64,000 nt of DNA, from positions 27,466,001 through 27,530,000 of the forward strand of contig CM120642.1 in assembly GCA_051362555.1 (NCBI GenBank), in the 5' to 3' direction. Both the position numbers and the translations under genes were made by a program. Origin of the DNA: Lingula anatina (lineage: Eukaryota; Animalia; Brachiopoda). Positions 28,288 to 43,604 of the stretch are shown here, in pieces; within the stretch, counting starts at the first letter, position 1, and each line of letters begins with the position of its first letter. The notes under the pieces were generated by a model. It saw nothing but the letters and a program-made list of their open reading frames with translations. It did no database searches and had not been told where the DNA came from.

Positions 28288-30303
28288 TTAAGGTAATGGG
28301 AAATGGACTACAGTTCCCAGCAGACTACTACTGTCAAACCAATTTGTGTGGTTTCACTAGAGGAAGATTTCTTTGAATTTATGTAATTTACCATCAAAAA
28401 TGGGTTTTTAAAAAAGGTGGTCAGATGTCACTTGTGCATAATTCTTTTTGAAAAGCACAAAAACTCAAAAATTCTTACTGCTGTTCAAAAAGAGTTGCGC
28501 ACAAGTGACATCAAGTTTCAATATGAAAAATATAAAACTTTGATGAATTCACATTTTTATTTTCTCTGAAGACTGCCCAGCTCACTCAATACTTCATAAA
28601 TATACAAAATAACTTGTAATAATACTGGAAATTTGTTCCTTACATACAGTATATATATATACCACAATGTTTTCATAGGCCAAACGGTGCTGAAGACGTC
28701 CTAGAAGACCTTTACAAACCAAGTTTGTATGATGGCACCACCTGATAAGATTGTCTGTACATCTAATATGTTATCATTAAAAATTAATTTGTATTACCAT
28801 AACTGTACACTGATTTTTTCATATCTAAAACTTACATCCTTGAGATAAAAACAATGCAGCCTAGTAGCACCTGTCTACAATATTGAATAGATACATTAAT
28901 GACATTCATTGGTGGGAAAAATGTTAAAAATTTCTTTCTCTTTTTGCACCCACTGTAAAATGGGTTTTGGGGTACATGACAAGGCCACAAATGGCAGATT
29001 AAAAATGAGAAAACTTCCAGAAAGATTGTATCACTGTGATGACGTGGAAGCATATGAATTGCATGACTTAGCATGTCCAACTGACTTGAAAAAGCAGATG
29101 CACCAGTTTTCAAATTAGCACATTAAAAATTTGCAAACAAAAGCACGTAAGATGAGGTGACCCCTCATACCTGCAAACGTGACACAAGTTGATACGATAA
29201 GAAACGATAACATGAAATATTAAAATCATGTAAATAATGTGAAAAGAACCCTTGCAGAAATACAATAATTGGTTTGACCAAAATTCTTGAGGTTCAGATT
29301 TGTATATATTTACAGCTATGCTGAAATATTTAAAATGATTCTGGAGGCTGCTCCCCTCAATGACTAATTTGATATTCTTTAATATTGGCAAATTTGCAAT
29401 AGCACACTTCCACTGGCAGACTTCAATGAGTAATCCTTTAAGCCAGAAAATATCTCTTTTTTGATAAAACATACAAGTTAAACTGAAATGTGAATGGAAA
29501 TCAATCAAATTTTGTGTACACTTATTTTAAATTCAGACAATATACCCATACACAATTGTCTCTTAAAGAGAATAATAGATTTAAGAAAATTGCGTTTCAC
29601 AATAACTTTGCAAAACAACTAGAAGCCTTCTTTAGATTTGTTTGCAGGCAAAAGAATGAGCAGCTACCAAATTCTTTTTTTTTCAGATCAATTTTCTTGA
29701 CTATTAAGAATATTTGCTTTTGCAGTGCAAAACTTTTGTTTCTGATTTTACAAGCAAGCAAGGATACCAAATATTGAGGTTTAAAATACCTGATCTTCAC
29801 TGTATGAACTTGCTTCATTTAATATAAAAATTTTAGGAAATGTCATGTGATCTTACATTTTAATAATTTTTTTATTCATAGCACATTTTTGTTTGGTGGA
29901 CACTCACTTCTGGGCCAACCTTAAGTCCACCAATGTGCAATTTCAATGAACAAATCTGTTACTTCTTTAACTTATCACATCACAGTTCATGCTCCAAATC
30001 ACCCCATTTTTACCAGATCGACTGTTCAGAGACACACTGATGTTGATACAATGTTAAGCCTCCTAAAACACTGTTAATTAAAAAACCTGGTTCATTGTCT
30101 GGAAGGCTGCATGAATTTCCACCTTTGACAAGCAGGATTTTGTAAATGTTGTTATCACATATCATGCAGACTCTTGCAAGTCCTTCTGCTTGTGTCATCC
30201 AGTCCTCTATAACAAATAAATACCCATATTTTCAGTAAGCACCCACATTTTCACAAGGGCAACATAACAATAGATGGCACCACCTGCAGGGGAATCCATT
30301 TCA

Positions 30304-33300
30304 TCAGACCTGCCACAGCAGTAAGTGGTTGGTGCTATCGTCCCTGCCTGCTGCTTCATTATTAATCCCTGTGCGGAAATCCTCATAACCATCCCCTCCA
30401 CTGATAACCAGCATCTTGGTGGCACGAGCAGGAGTGCCCCCTATTGAGCGGCGACGTATTAAGTGATGTTGTTGTAGCGACTGTTCCGGAAAAGGTCGAG
30501 ATGAAGGCATCTCCACTGCTGTAAGGAAGCGCACGTGACCAGTATGACCATGGACTAAACCTGAAAACAGTTGAAAAACCTTGAATACTTAACTGCATTT
30601 TTGAGTACATAATGGTTAAATATTGTAGTAGCATTCTTTTTCAGTTGAAATATTTCACAATAATATTCAATTGCTTTCTCTATTATTTTCTGTGAAAGTG
30701 ATCCTTTATGTACTTCTTATATAACTTCATTTTGGGAAATTTCATAGATTTTATTTGAAATAAGGAAACAATTACCCTACTCATATTTTAAAAGTCAATC
30801 AAAAAAAAAAAAAAAAAAAAAAAAAAATGATACAGCTTACCTGTCACACTGGGTGCTTGAAGAGTAGATTTAGTGGTGGATGAAGTAATCTTCGGCAAGG
30901 GAATGGTGAGGATGACCCCTGCACTGGTTCCTACCCAGAGGAGATCTTTACAGGCCAGGAGGGAGGTGATACGAAGGCACGCCGTTTTATGCTGTCTAAT
31001 TATGTCATCTGTAGCTGATGAAGAGCAAAAAATTTCATGAATTAAATTTACATACAAGCTAGCATAAGTTAATTTTTCTATTACAGCATAAGATTAAAAT
31101 ATCCATATCTTGAACAAAACCAATTTACAAGGTTTTTTTTCTCTTCAAGATATTCAGCAACTCAAATGGAGGGAGGAGGGAACGACACATTTCATCAAAT
31201 GCAAGGCAAGGTTCTCACATCTGCCTTTTGTCTGTCTTGTTACATGGAAAGAAAAATCTTTCACATTACCCATAAGTTTCTGTGTCACTGCCTGAGCTAT
31301 GCTGATGTCTGTAAGGAACTGTCTGTTGGTAGCATGGAAGAGCACCACCTTGGAGCTGCCCTGGGGTGCTATCCAGACCCCCTGACCAGAACACACCATG
31401 GACTGGATGGGGCGTGGGCTGTCTGTGGGAATTTGAAATGAAACCTGAAATATTGGGGAAGATGATGTGAATGGTAATGTCAATTTTAATATCACACTTA
31501 TAATATCTATAGTTGCACGATTTTCCCCTGGTGACTAGGTTTTGACTATTGTAAGCAAAGAACTATATATAAGAAATATATATATATATTTTAAACACAC
31601 ATACACACAGTGCCTACATGTAATTGTCTTTTATAACACAAAAAATATGAGTATCACAAACTTGCTCATCCTCCCATCCCCCAAACAAGCTCCAATATTT
31701 AACATTTTTCTTCATTCTCAGATGATTTATTTCCTCTGTACAAGAACATCATGCATCCTCTCTATGAATCACACAAAATTCTCAAAGATGATCTAAAAGA
31801 CAACAGTTGCAACTGCTGGTAGACACATTCATCACCCAACTCTGATGTACAGGCTACCAGCTTCAATACAAAATATCAGTGGAAATGTTTAAACTCGCCC
31901 CTTTTCTCCATTGTGCTGTAGTGTGATTTCCATTCATGTAACTGTGCTGATTTTTGTTAATGTAAATTATAATGTTTAGTCTATTTTATCTGTGTATTCA
32001 ATAGTATGTGTATTAAGTATAAAATAATAAAATGAAAACCTATCCCAAACAAGGACCATTTCAAATTTCACTTGGGCCACAGGCCATAACATATCTTTGC
32101 GCAGTTACCTCAGAGACGAGAGTTGTGGGGTTCAGCATCATGACCCCACTCTGACAGCCACACCACAGTTTACCAGCCACTGCCAACATCTTGGTCACTG
32201 GTGATGTCACAGTGCCCACTGATAGAGTGTCTGGGTGCTGTGTGTCCCAGCTGCCATCTAGTGGTAAATGGAGAAGTTAATATGAACTTTTCATGGAAAG
32301 TAACTTTTTATGGAGAAAAACTTAATGTCATATGTTTTAAGCCATTTTCTGGAAGGCAGTCATCACAATTAGTTCAAATTGTCACAACCTGCAGATCCTT
32401 AAAACTTGTAAAAAAGTGAAAAGATATAAAATAGAAAACAGAAAACCACTTTTTCTCAAACTAAAATGATGAAATACATGTGCTTGCCAGTGTGCTCACA
32501 GGTGGTACACATGTACATGTATTTCAACAAAACAAAGGGGGTTTAAACATATCAACTTTCTACATAAAAATCTTTTACAACACTAATTTAAGATTTTAAG
32601 GCAATCTCACCTGCATCCCTCCTGTACACACGGATCTCTCCATTTGCTAAAGAAGCAAACACCTTGCAATCCAAATGCCTGAGGAGAACAATAATACACT
32701 ATTAGTGTCCTCAAAGTCAAACTTTGCATATAACTAAGACTAGACATATGTACCAGTAGTACTGCTGTTTATAATCTCTCTCTCTATCTCTCGCTCTCAT
32801 AAATGTATAAACATTAAATTCAATTGGTGTCACACATTTATTGACAATATTGCACTTATCATAATTCCCTTAACAATTTTTTTGGTTTTTTAAATACTTT
32901 AAATACTATTTTTTAAAGTTTCTAATCATTCCTTACACAATGCATAGAACTCCTGCAGGATGTGGCACTTTCAGTTTGTTCTTGGTGGTCTTGATGTTGT
33001 CTGTGCTTTGAAAGATATGGATACTGAAAAAGATACAAGGAAATCCCATATGCCACTATCTAATTTTGCAAAGATATAGATCTGTCCAAGAACTCTGAAA
33101 CAAAAGAATAGTTGCCAATAGAGAAATTTTGCATTTTTCCCAAATTGCATTAAAAAAATATCATTCTGAACAGGAAGTTGTGAAATCCAGACAAGAAATA
33201 ATGCTGTTAAGATTAAGCTTCTGGTCTGTTTAGTCTGTATAGTCATTTTTTCTTAGACACATACTATCCATTGTCTGTTCCTAGCCACATAGTGCTCTTA

Positions 33301-34516
33301 TAGGGGTCCAGGAGAGGTGTCTGCTTGCTGCTTTCTGAGCTCTGTCTGGTGTGGCGTCCTAAAAATAGTAAAACACATTTCATATTTGATACAATATAAT
33401 ATTTGATACAATATAATTGATTAAATAAAGTGTACAAATCTGCACAATAAATATTGTAAAGTTAGAGGTGTTTGTGTAAATGAGATAGAGAACGAATATA
33501 TAACAAATATTCAGTTTTACTGTATCATTATATAAAGTATTTTCAAATTTGTAATAAAAGAGAATGTTTATATACTGAGTCCTAACACATACCAACATTC
33601 CTCCTGCTATAAGATGGCATATCATCCTCATCATCAGTTGACTCTGTATCAGACTCAGACCCATCACTGGACTCTGTGTTACTCAGCTCCAAACTGACCT
33701 GATTGAAATCGTCCTGGTGACCACTGTCCATTGATCGATTGCGACCACTTCCTTTCCTGCAAACAATAATTCCTTTCATCATCATAAAGCTTTGATATAT
33801 ATATATATATATATATTTGTACTTCCTTCACAATAAACAAAACTTCACAATTATATGAGTTGCAATTAACCTGTTAGGTACGTAGCATGTAGCACCATTT
33901 GTCACTGGAAAATGATTGTTTTCTGGCAATGACTCGGAGCTGATTCAAAATAATTATAGAAGTAGTGGAAAAAGAACATGATAGATAATTGTTGGACATA
34001 AACCACTACCTAAACCGTAAACTGCGAATGTTTGGTCAATAATTGAGGGGGGAAGGGGGGGAAAAGAAAAATCTTATACCCATTTGTACCTTTTTAAAGG
34101 CCCATTGTATGCTGGCACTGCAAATATACACAGTATCTTTGAGTTGCACCCTGGGACGGGAGTGTTCAGTGTCACTATGGGTTCTGGCTGTAGACTGAGC
34201 AGGCACATGTGCCCCACGTAGCCATCGCTGTTACACACCCACACATCTCTGTAGCCTGACGTGTTCACACCGTCCACGGGGGAGGCACAGGAAAACTGCA
34301 AATAAAGATTGGTAAGAAAGTTAGAATGAAAAAATAATGTAAATGTAGCTATCCATCCATAAATTTTAATTAATTATATCAAATTAAATAGAAATATTCA
34401 GGGATGAAGAGAAAAAAAGAGCCAAAAGGGTCTATCATGTAGTAATGGAATCCACAATTTATTTTGTCACATAATAAAATATTGTTTTTTTAAGAAAGCA
34501 TGTGCACTTTTGCATT

Positions 34517-34560
<44 letters not shown>

Positions 34561-36235
34561 CATAAACATAAGTGTTACATACCTGCATTCCAGCTCTGGT
34601 CTTAGTGATCTGCAAAGCTTGCATGAATTCTGGTGGCCTTTTCTCCGTAATGGCAGCTGGAATGTACAAACAGGAAATCCTTGAAAATGATCAGGTATAT
34701 GAATAAGGTCATCAGTTCTACAGATCAGCAACCAGCATATTCTTGGATATATATTTTTTACTATGATTTACGGAATACAGATACTTATCATGATGATAAC
34801 AGCTGTAATAAAATCTGAATTTTTTTCAAGTCACAATAAATAACTTTCATAAAACAAAATGTACCAGTAATCTTTACTGAAACATATGACTTATCTGGGC
34901 CAATTAAGACAATGCTTGCATAAAAGAGTTAGCTCTATTAAATCTGCAATAATTGCACAGTGATTTTTCATAAGCAATGGTACATCCATTCATGAAAAAA
35001 ATATTGATTTTCATTTTAAATTAAATGAACTTACACAGATTTTGCTTTGCCTCCATGAATCCGTCTTCCCAGGATTTCCTCTTGTCTGGAGAGGGGAAGA
35101 TAGCTATGATGTTGGACACACCCTCACTGAAAAAAAGGAGAAAAAACTAAAATGTTCATGGGGAAAATTAGTGTGCTGTATTCAGAAAATTATAAACAGG
35201 TATTTCTATTCATTTGTCAAAACATGAAATTATTGGATGTATCCTTCCATTTTTTACATACAGTTACTTGTGGTATTCAATAAATTGAAACAAAGACGTT
35301 TTTGTATCTCAAAATATTTTTGTAAATATGAAAATAAGGATTCTTTTTTCTCATCACAAAAGAGGAACAAACATTCAGTTCACATTTCCAAAATATATAC
35401 CAATAACAGTGCATTTTATTCATCAAAATACCCATTCACATTTGCTCGAATTTTAAATCATTACAAAGGCAATGTTTCTTGTAGATTTTATTATTATTAA
35501 TTAATAAAATCTTCTTCTTCTCATTATAAATACTGATAAAATGATAAAAATGAAACAAAAAATAAAATGCAATTAATTGAAAATGAAATAAAAGGCTTTT
35601 TTTAAATTGTAGTGAGTTATCATCATGTTTGTCTGTAGTGTACTTACGGTGTAGTGGCCATGAGATCAATCCTGCACATATCTGTACCAGCACTCTGGAG
35701 CTGCAGCTCTGACAGACGGTTGTTCAGGGTGTTCGTTAGCTCTGCGATGTCGTCCTTCAACATCTGAGACAACAACACATGTATGGTATATATAGAATAG
35801 TTTTAATTTAAAAGCTAATTTTTTTTTTCAAATGATGAACTGACCATTTGTTGAACTTAACATTGTTCTATGGTGACTCTTTAAGAAATTTGCATTGTAA
35901 TTTGCAGAATTGTCAATGCCTATTTATGTATCATACAGACAATTGAGACAAATATTGTAAACACACACAAACACACACACACTATAGTACACAAAAGCTA
36001 ATAAAAACATGCAACAAAGACACTATATAAAGCCCTGTGTCCCAGCACATACCTGATGTTCACAGTTGAGTTTACAGACTAGTTCTGTCACATCTGTGAG
36101 AACAGCCAGGTCAGACTCCAGCTGATCTTTGTCTTTGTGGCGCTTCCTTGTCAATGTGTCTGGTGCTGAAAGCAGAGAGAAGAAACTGCCGTTATGTGTG
36201 ATTTCTTTAGTGCAGTAAAACTGGTCATACATTAT

Positions 36236-36308
<73 letters not shown>

Positions 36309-37594
36309 TGCTTAAGTGCAGACATTACGTCTTTCCTAGCTGTTTCCTAAAGTGAAATTAAACATTTTCAATTTAAATATTTGGAAAAATTAAGATTATT
36401 GATACCATGCAACAGATAGGGTACTAAAATAATGTTATAAAAAGTTACATTGTGTTAGAGGAGACAAGTGGGTTGTGCTAGTGGAGATGTGTGGAGTAAA
36501 TTGTCAAGTTACTGATTGTGATCATAACCCATAAAACAGTTCATTTACAATGTGCTGTATTACATCTATAATACATTACTTACAGTTGACAATTTCAACA
36601 TCATCTAAGCCAATCTTGAGCCAAAATTTGTGTTTGATATTCTCAATAAAATCCACTTTCCCTGATGGAGATTGCCTGGTAAAGGAAAAGAAAATCACAC
36701 ATATAATAAAATTATATCTGGCTTCCTTTGGAGAAAACTGGAGAGAAGTTACCCAGTTCTTTCAATTGAAAAGTCTAAAATATACATATTTTCTGATCAT
36801 TATAAAAAGCGAAGAAGTCATTAAAGTTCTGGTATTTTGCCCAAAATGTTGCCAGGCTTATTTTATACATTTATTATGGTTGGCACAGACTGATGAAAAA
36901 TGATTGAGTATTAGTCCATAGGGTCAAATATACATACACAAGTAAAGATGTCTTCCTTCCTACACTTCCACTTTTCCTTTTGACACTGGTAAATACAATG
37001 AGATCAGAGAACATCCATATGCAGCACATGTCCTTTCGGTTCTAAGACAGAGAAAACATGAAAAGATACAAATAAATGCAAAACATTTTTTTTGAGCTAA
37101 ATAAATTTGAATAATTATTAGTGATTTAAACTGGACAAATAAACCTGTCATCATTCCATACCATATCTACATAATAAAAGTCAAATTTTGTCCTGGTTCT
37201 TAATGAAAGTAACTGTTTCCCAAAGCAAACACTTTCACTGAATGACCAAAAGTGTTTGCCAGTTGGGACACACTGTGTAAAACCAACCACTTAACTCATA
37301 GATAACAGAGGTCGATTGCAATCAAGTATCTGCCTTCTGAACACAGACCTACCACCTTTCTTGCTTATGTTGATTAACACAATTTCAGCTTCAATATATG
37401 ATAAAATACAGTTAATTCTTTTTTTCTAAGTGATGAGAAGATACATGTATATTGTAATAATGTAATAGGCAAGCAGCAGTCTACTTACTGGCACTGTCAC
37501 CATATCATGGCGTAAGTATACTCTATCTGGAGTGGCAAGCTGGAGTATGAAAGAAAAAGGAAGTATTACAGTTAGCATTTCAGTTTATCTTCCA

Positions 37595-37674
<80 letters not shown>

Positions 37675-40600
37675 TGTATGCCTGCATGTGTTTCAATGCA
37701 CGTATAGATGTACAATCTACAAATGTGTTCATCTTATTTAATTATACATTTCAAATGCAGGGTAAACAAAATATTATAAAACATCTGCAAATCTATTGTA
37801 AATAACATATAAACTTTAAATATTTGTATCCAAGATAAACAAATTCATCATCACCATCACCAGGGTGGAATCACAAAAAATAATTTTTGAAAACTATATC
37901 ACAAGCTATTTACATCATCAATGAGGAGTAACAGTTCCAGTTTCTTTAAAGTCTCCTGCATATCCTCTCCCCTCCGAGATTTGTCCACACTTCCTATCTT
38001 CATGGCCAGGTCATGAATAGCTTTTTCTGCCTCCTTTAACAGGGGGTAATCAGGGTGATCTTTGCTGGTGTGATCAAGGAATCTCTGAAAATATATACCA
38101 AAATGTCTATTACCTTTGCTAGTTGCTTCAATGGGAAAAAGGATTGTTGTTTGTTGGAAAAAACAAACTAACAAACAAACACACAAAAAAATAGACAGAC
38201 AGACAAAATAAAATAAAATTTAGATTGAACTTTAACAAAGAAAAGTCAAGGTTATCTCTGTAGGTATGACCCACAAAACTGACAACAAGAAGTGGATTTA
38301 GCCAAATCAGTGTGAACTGAAAGTCCTACATATAGATAAGAGAGGAATGCAGACTTTTTTTTTTTACTTTTTCTGTCCATTTAAAAACAATGATAGGTGG
38401 GATTAAATTTGGTGGTGTGACAAAGGAATTTCTGAAAAGCATAACGATAGCACAGAAGCATGTGATTGAATGAACATCTTCCTGGTTTTTCTAACAGAAG
38501 ATTGGATGATTTTTGGTGGTGTGACCAAGGAATTTTTGAAACAATATACATAAGTATAAAAAGATTTGCAAAGTAAAAGTTCCTACTGTCGAACAATAAC
38601 AATGATCTGACACATAATCAATGAGAACATCTTGACATGTACCAAAACCTCCCAGTTCAACTTTTTCAATTAAAGGACTAGATTCAGCCATAAGAAACTT
38701 AACCCCCTCTCCCCATCATAAACCTTAAGTTATCCCATCATGACATGTTGATCCTTAAATTCACGGCTTAGTGTGAACATATTACTAGTTTGGAATGAAA
38801 TCAGTAACATATAGACCAAAAATACAGTAACATATTGGGAATCACGATCAATCAGATTTCATTCAATGGTGGGGATCACAATAAAAACAGTGTTGATTGT
38901 AATAAAGTGCCTGCTTTCTAAAGTTAAGCCTAGAACCATTCTGGTTAAACAAGGATTTCGTACCAATATGATAAAATAAATTACATTTGTTTTTTTTATA
39001 AACTTGGAATAATGGGAACAAAGTTTTGAAGTCATTTCTCGAATGATTAAAATCCAATGAATTATCCAAATATCAATTCTTAATCCTGAATGATGGTGCA
39101 GAAAAACATGTGCTCTACTGTAGACATCAAATACAGTGGCCTAAAGTTTAACTGAACAATGTCCCTGAACATGGATTCCAATCTTTTTTTCACATATCAT
39201 ACCACCTTTCTGCCACTGAATCACATGTGCTTAGACAAATCCAAACTGACAAGTTTTTGTGCTACGAACAGAAAATAAAGCGGATTACACAATGCAAACA
39301 ACACTAGAATAGCACACAAACAGCAAGACACTGGAAGCCTAGCTGATCCTTCTTATGACACTGTTATGAGCCCTGCTCTCACTGTATAATAAGATGAAAT
39401 CAGCAGGATCTGCCTGTCCATAGTTTCTGAACACATACATAGTACGTCATACACATGCCATTTTGTTTCTAATAGGCATGCTATGGCTGAATCCCAATTT
39501 TGAGTCAGACAACTTCTCTTAAGTATTTATTATTCTGTAGATATACACACACATTACAGGATATAGTATAGTGCTTCATGGCAAATTTGAATGAAAATGA
39601 CAGCATTTAGATATTTCAGCATAAAAAACTTTTTTGCTCGTTTTTTGTCTTTCTTTTACACATGGAAACAAAGCAAATGAAAACTTGACTTTTTAGTTAA
39701 TTCTCTCAGTTATACATTCAGAATTGCAGATTAAAGTTGAGAAAACAAGAGCCATCATTGTTGTTTTTTAACCATAGATATAAACATTTTAATACACATT
39801 TTTTAACTTAAAAGTGCATTTTCGCAAAAAAAAAAAAAGTCAAGTTCATTGAACTTGAAAACATCATCAAGAAAGTATTTACAGTGAGCTCCTCAGGCTG
39901 AAAATATCTTCCCCGCTATGTGCACTGCATTGGCCAGCAGTCCCTATTAATCCTGGCTAACTTTAGTTCCTTAAACTTAACCTTTAGAGACAAACCCCCA
40001 ACACTCTCCCTGGATTACATCTGAAATTAGCACCAAACAGGACAGGAATAATTTCCCAAAATATCTCCTGGGTATATAAACCTTCTTATAAACTCAGGAG
40101 GTAGTGAATTTGTCCTCCCTGGGGTTAAGATTGTGACCCCCCAACCTTTGTGGGGTAACCATCTAAGTGCCAGAAGTCAACATCAATTTTCTCTAATTAG
40201 CATGACAAGCAGTAGCAGGTCGTCTGCTTGGAGATTTTCTAAGAAAAGTAGGGCCAAATCACCTTGGAAAAAATCCTGCAAATCTGTTTCTTAAATCAAG
40301 TTATTTCTTCCTCAAAGAATTCAAGGCTTGTTTAAAATGTCCATAATTTGCTAATTTACAAGGCCAACACTACCTGTTCCATAAGAAAACCAAACCTGTA
40401 TAAAGAAATAAAGAACCTGCATGCCAACAAATGTCACCAATTAACAGCTCTTAAGTTCTTTATTTTTGAATATATTTTTAGAACAAGGCAGGCTCCATAT
40501 ATGTCTTTCCATTGTGAGTTTCTTTGTAAAAACTTGATACAAAGAACATCATTGGCATGTAAGGCACGAACCTCTTCTGTTACAGTACACTTCTTTGAAA

Positions 40601-43600
40601 ACCTTTTCATATTTTTTCCTTGAAATCTTTCTCCGAAATGTCCATATGTACACTGTGTGCAATCTGACTCATTCATTTGATCTTTTTTTTGCTGGTGTTT
40701 TCTTACCTGAATCAGCAGTTCATATCGTGGTATTCTTTGTGCTGGCTGTATAATCAGGTCCTTGATCTTAAGCTTTCTGCGACTACTTCTTTGGCATTGC
40801 TGAAATACCACATAAATATATTTCAAAGTAACACTGGTTATCTTAATAATTTAAATAAAAAGTATAATTACTTGATTGGCATTAATTGCTGAAATACCAC
40901 ATGAATATATTTCAAAGTAATACCGAATACCTTAATAATTAAAATAAAAAGTATAACAACTCGATTGGCACTGCAGAAATATACTATGAATAAATCTTAA
41001 AGTAATGCTTATTATGAAGTAAAATACATCAACATAATGATAGGTACATAAAAACATTAAGCTCTTTTTTGCATGTGTCATGTTGTTTCACATTTTTGTA
41101 AACAAAAAGACAACAAGTTTTGAGGAAAATACCTCTGAAAATTTTTGGAATGATGACTTTGTCTGCAAAGCGTGGTCTATCATCTTCTCGGAGCGCTTGT
41201 AGTTTTTGATAAAAAGAAGGTAGCTTTCAACTACAGACTGCTTTGAAAACTGAAAATAAAAATATAGAACATAAAATTTTAAATCTTTTTCAGCAACTTT
41301 GGAAATGAAGGCGAAATCTAAAATCTTTATTCACAGATGACCAAAATACTCTAATATACACCATAATAAAACCAAAAAAACAAAATTTTTTTGTTTACAC
41401 CACAACATAACCAAACACTTCAGTGACTTTAATTAAAACCTTTTGTTTCTACACACTGACACATATATTTTATTTCTGCTTCAGCAACTTTTCTGAATTG
41501 CCTATCACGTTGCTTAAGTATACATTTCAGTGTTAGGTAGTTATTCAGTACTAACTGTTTCAATTTCAGTGAATAGGAACTGCAACCTGCAACATGTCAC
41601 CATAAGTCTGTTTTCCAGACTCTCCTAACACAATGACACATTGTAAATGTCACAGCGTACACCTGTGTTTAGTTGTGTAATCGGTGTCAAAGTGTCCCGT
41701 GATTACGAGTACTGTTAACAAGATTACAAGAAAAACAAGACTATCACATCAAGAGCAGATCACGTCACTTATTACGCTGTATGCCAAGTTGTGTAAAAAA
41801 AAAAACTTTAAGTAGACGTCACCATCTTTATGGAAAACCCTGTGCACGCTGCTGTATGTGAAATACACTACTTTAATATTTTATGTACATTGTCATTGCA
41901 TCATTTTATGTGATAATACATCTATGGAATGTCAATAGACTTTTAAAAATAATTCATGAAACCTAAAGAAAAAAATACAACTAAGAGGTTGAAGTTTATT
42001 TATGTTTACCTATCCACTTGGGTAATATCAGGTTAATCAGTAATTATCATGATACGCCCAATAAAAAGATACAACCTCATCATCGCACATATAAACATCC
42101 CCAATCATGTTACAGTGTTTGAGGATGGATTAAGAACGACCATTTTAACTTGCAGTCTGACACCACTGCCTTCTTTAGTGCGTCTCACGGATGTACCACT
42201 TGTCACTGTGTTTAAACAGTGATTACAACATATGCTGCCGAGATTAGATGCCCTGATTTCGAGACGCAAAACCAAGTGCGTAATAACCTCTCTCTAGTAG
42301 TACACTTGATGGTAAAGATCTGTATGTAAAAAAGTAAAAAAAATTCACAGGAAGTTGGATTTGTATCTTTTCCCTTCTGATCTCTATCTTAATTAAAATT
42401 TGTACATGTACTGATTTCAGACTAATAGGTATGAAATTGCATTCAGACTTGTTTCCTGTTAGTATGGTAATGTTTTTTTGCCTTTGACTTTTAATTCACT
42501 GAGGCTGAAAAAATGAAAAAAAAAGCTTATTTTTCATCAAATTGTTATTGAATTAATAAGGCCTTTGACATGGCTAATTTATTTTCAAGTAATCCACCTA
42601 AACAAAACAATACAGTAGCATGACTTTTACCAGCTTGAACATCCATATAAACTTCCTGAATATTGCTCTTTTTACTTGTTGTGCCAGGTTTCGCTTTCAG
42701 TGACTGGGTCAGGTTGACCCGATTCTATCTACCATATGAAACACGCACACTCTCACTGGGAGTCTCTTACCATAGCTTTTATAACATCCCCCACCGTCTG
42801 TGTGCTGCTCCAGTTTTCCCATGTTCTTTCTAGTGAAGTCAGGAAAATTGCATGATGTGTGAGGATTTCAGGAATCATGGTCTTGTAAAATATTTCATCC
42901 ACCATGGAGCTGTCCAGAATGTCTTGAGCTTTCAGTGGAATCACATATTTCTGTTAAAAAAAACAGCAAAAACATATTAATTCTTTAAACAGATGTTCAG
43001 AGTGAGCCTTGTGTATAGCCTGAATATAGAAAATGTTATTTATATTACCAGCAGGATAGCAAGAACATTTGGATATCATTATGTCATGTTAAACACTGCT
43101 GCCATGACAGTTTAGTGCTGCACTATCATAAGACAGTAAGATGTAACAATATTAAGTGTGTCACTATTGAATGTGCCTAAGTATAAGTGTGCCAATACTG
43201 GATTGACCAATATTTGAAGTCAGCTACTGCTGGGTATAACAAAATGTCAGGTGTACCATCTTTGGTTATGCCAATGTGTTAGGTGTGCCACTATTGGGTG
43301 TGTTAATGAGTAAGTTTGTGACTATTGGGTGTGCTAATGTGTTAGGTGTACCACTACTGGGTGTAACAATGCGTTACACGTGTCACAATTTGTCATGCCA
43401 ATGTGTAAGTTGTAACATCATAAACAGTATGACAATAATACAATAATTCTAAGCTGGATAAAATATACTACCTAACTTTATAAGTTACCCCCCTCCCCCC
43501 TGCTTATCCTATATTGTTATACTTACATCCACCAGTATTCGGAGGGAGTCCACATATTCCTGTTCTACACTATACAGCTCCTTGATGATGTGGTAGCGCT

Positions 43601-43604
43601 TGTC
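30304..43604 (-). CDS. ARHGEF17: Rho guanine nucleotide exchange factor 17-like (DH, PH and WD40-like beta-propeller), 5'-incomplete, 19 exons
   Basis: Exons on the minus strand: 43604-43527, 42950-42771, 41249-41133, 40799-40707, 38084-37914, 37539-37489, 37041-36938, 36675-36584, 36165-36053, 35763-35648, 35126-35035, 34656-34583, 34295-34090, 33756-33593, 33358-33265, 33023-32937, 32678-32611, 32257-32109, 31444-31270, 31014-30841, 30560-30304 (TGA); 21 segments listed, so the exon count is about 21 rather than 19. Motifs: RYHIIKELYSVEQEYVDSL, DLIIQPAQRIPRYELL, KTRAGMQFSCA, IIRQHKTACLRITSLL, ISGGDGYEDFR, GRDDSTNHLLLWQV. Upstream exons were not found, so 43605-64000 is probably a long intron. 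Confidence 0.9.
36240..36306. repeat. (CA)n microsatellite
   Basis: Seen directly in the sequence. Confidence 0.95.
37597..37672. repeat. (GT)n microsatellite
   Basis: Seen directly in the sequence. Other simple repeats: poly-G 7228-7264, (CT)n about 17985-18014, (AG)n about 21690-21719 and 34519-34556, poly-C about 55367-55400. Confidence 0.95.
40796..41010. repeat. Tandem repeat of about 89 bp overlapping an ARHGEF17 splice acceptor
   Basis: attgctgaaataccacat...gattggca occurs twice (40796 and 40885), plus a degenerate third start near 40972. Confidence 0.8.
43150..43415. repeat. Degenerate minisatellite of about 30 bp
   Basis: Recurring gtg(c/t)cactattgggtgtg...aatg(t)gt(t)a(a/g)gt units. 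Confidence 0.6.

Noticed and set aside
37290-37425. Extra ARHGEF17 exon (KKRINCILSYIEAE...)
   Set aside because: The flanking exons 37539-37489 and 37041-36938 already join in frame and give the expected PH-domain sequence.
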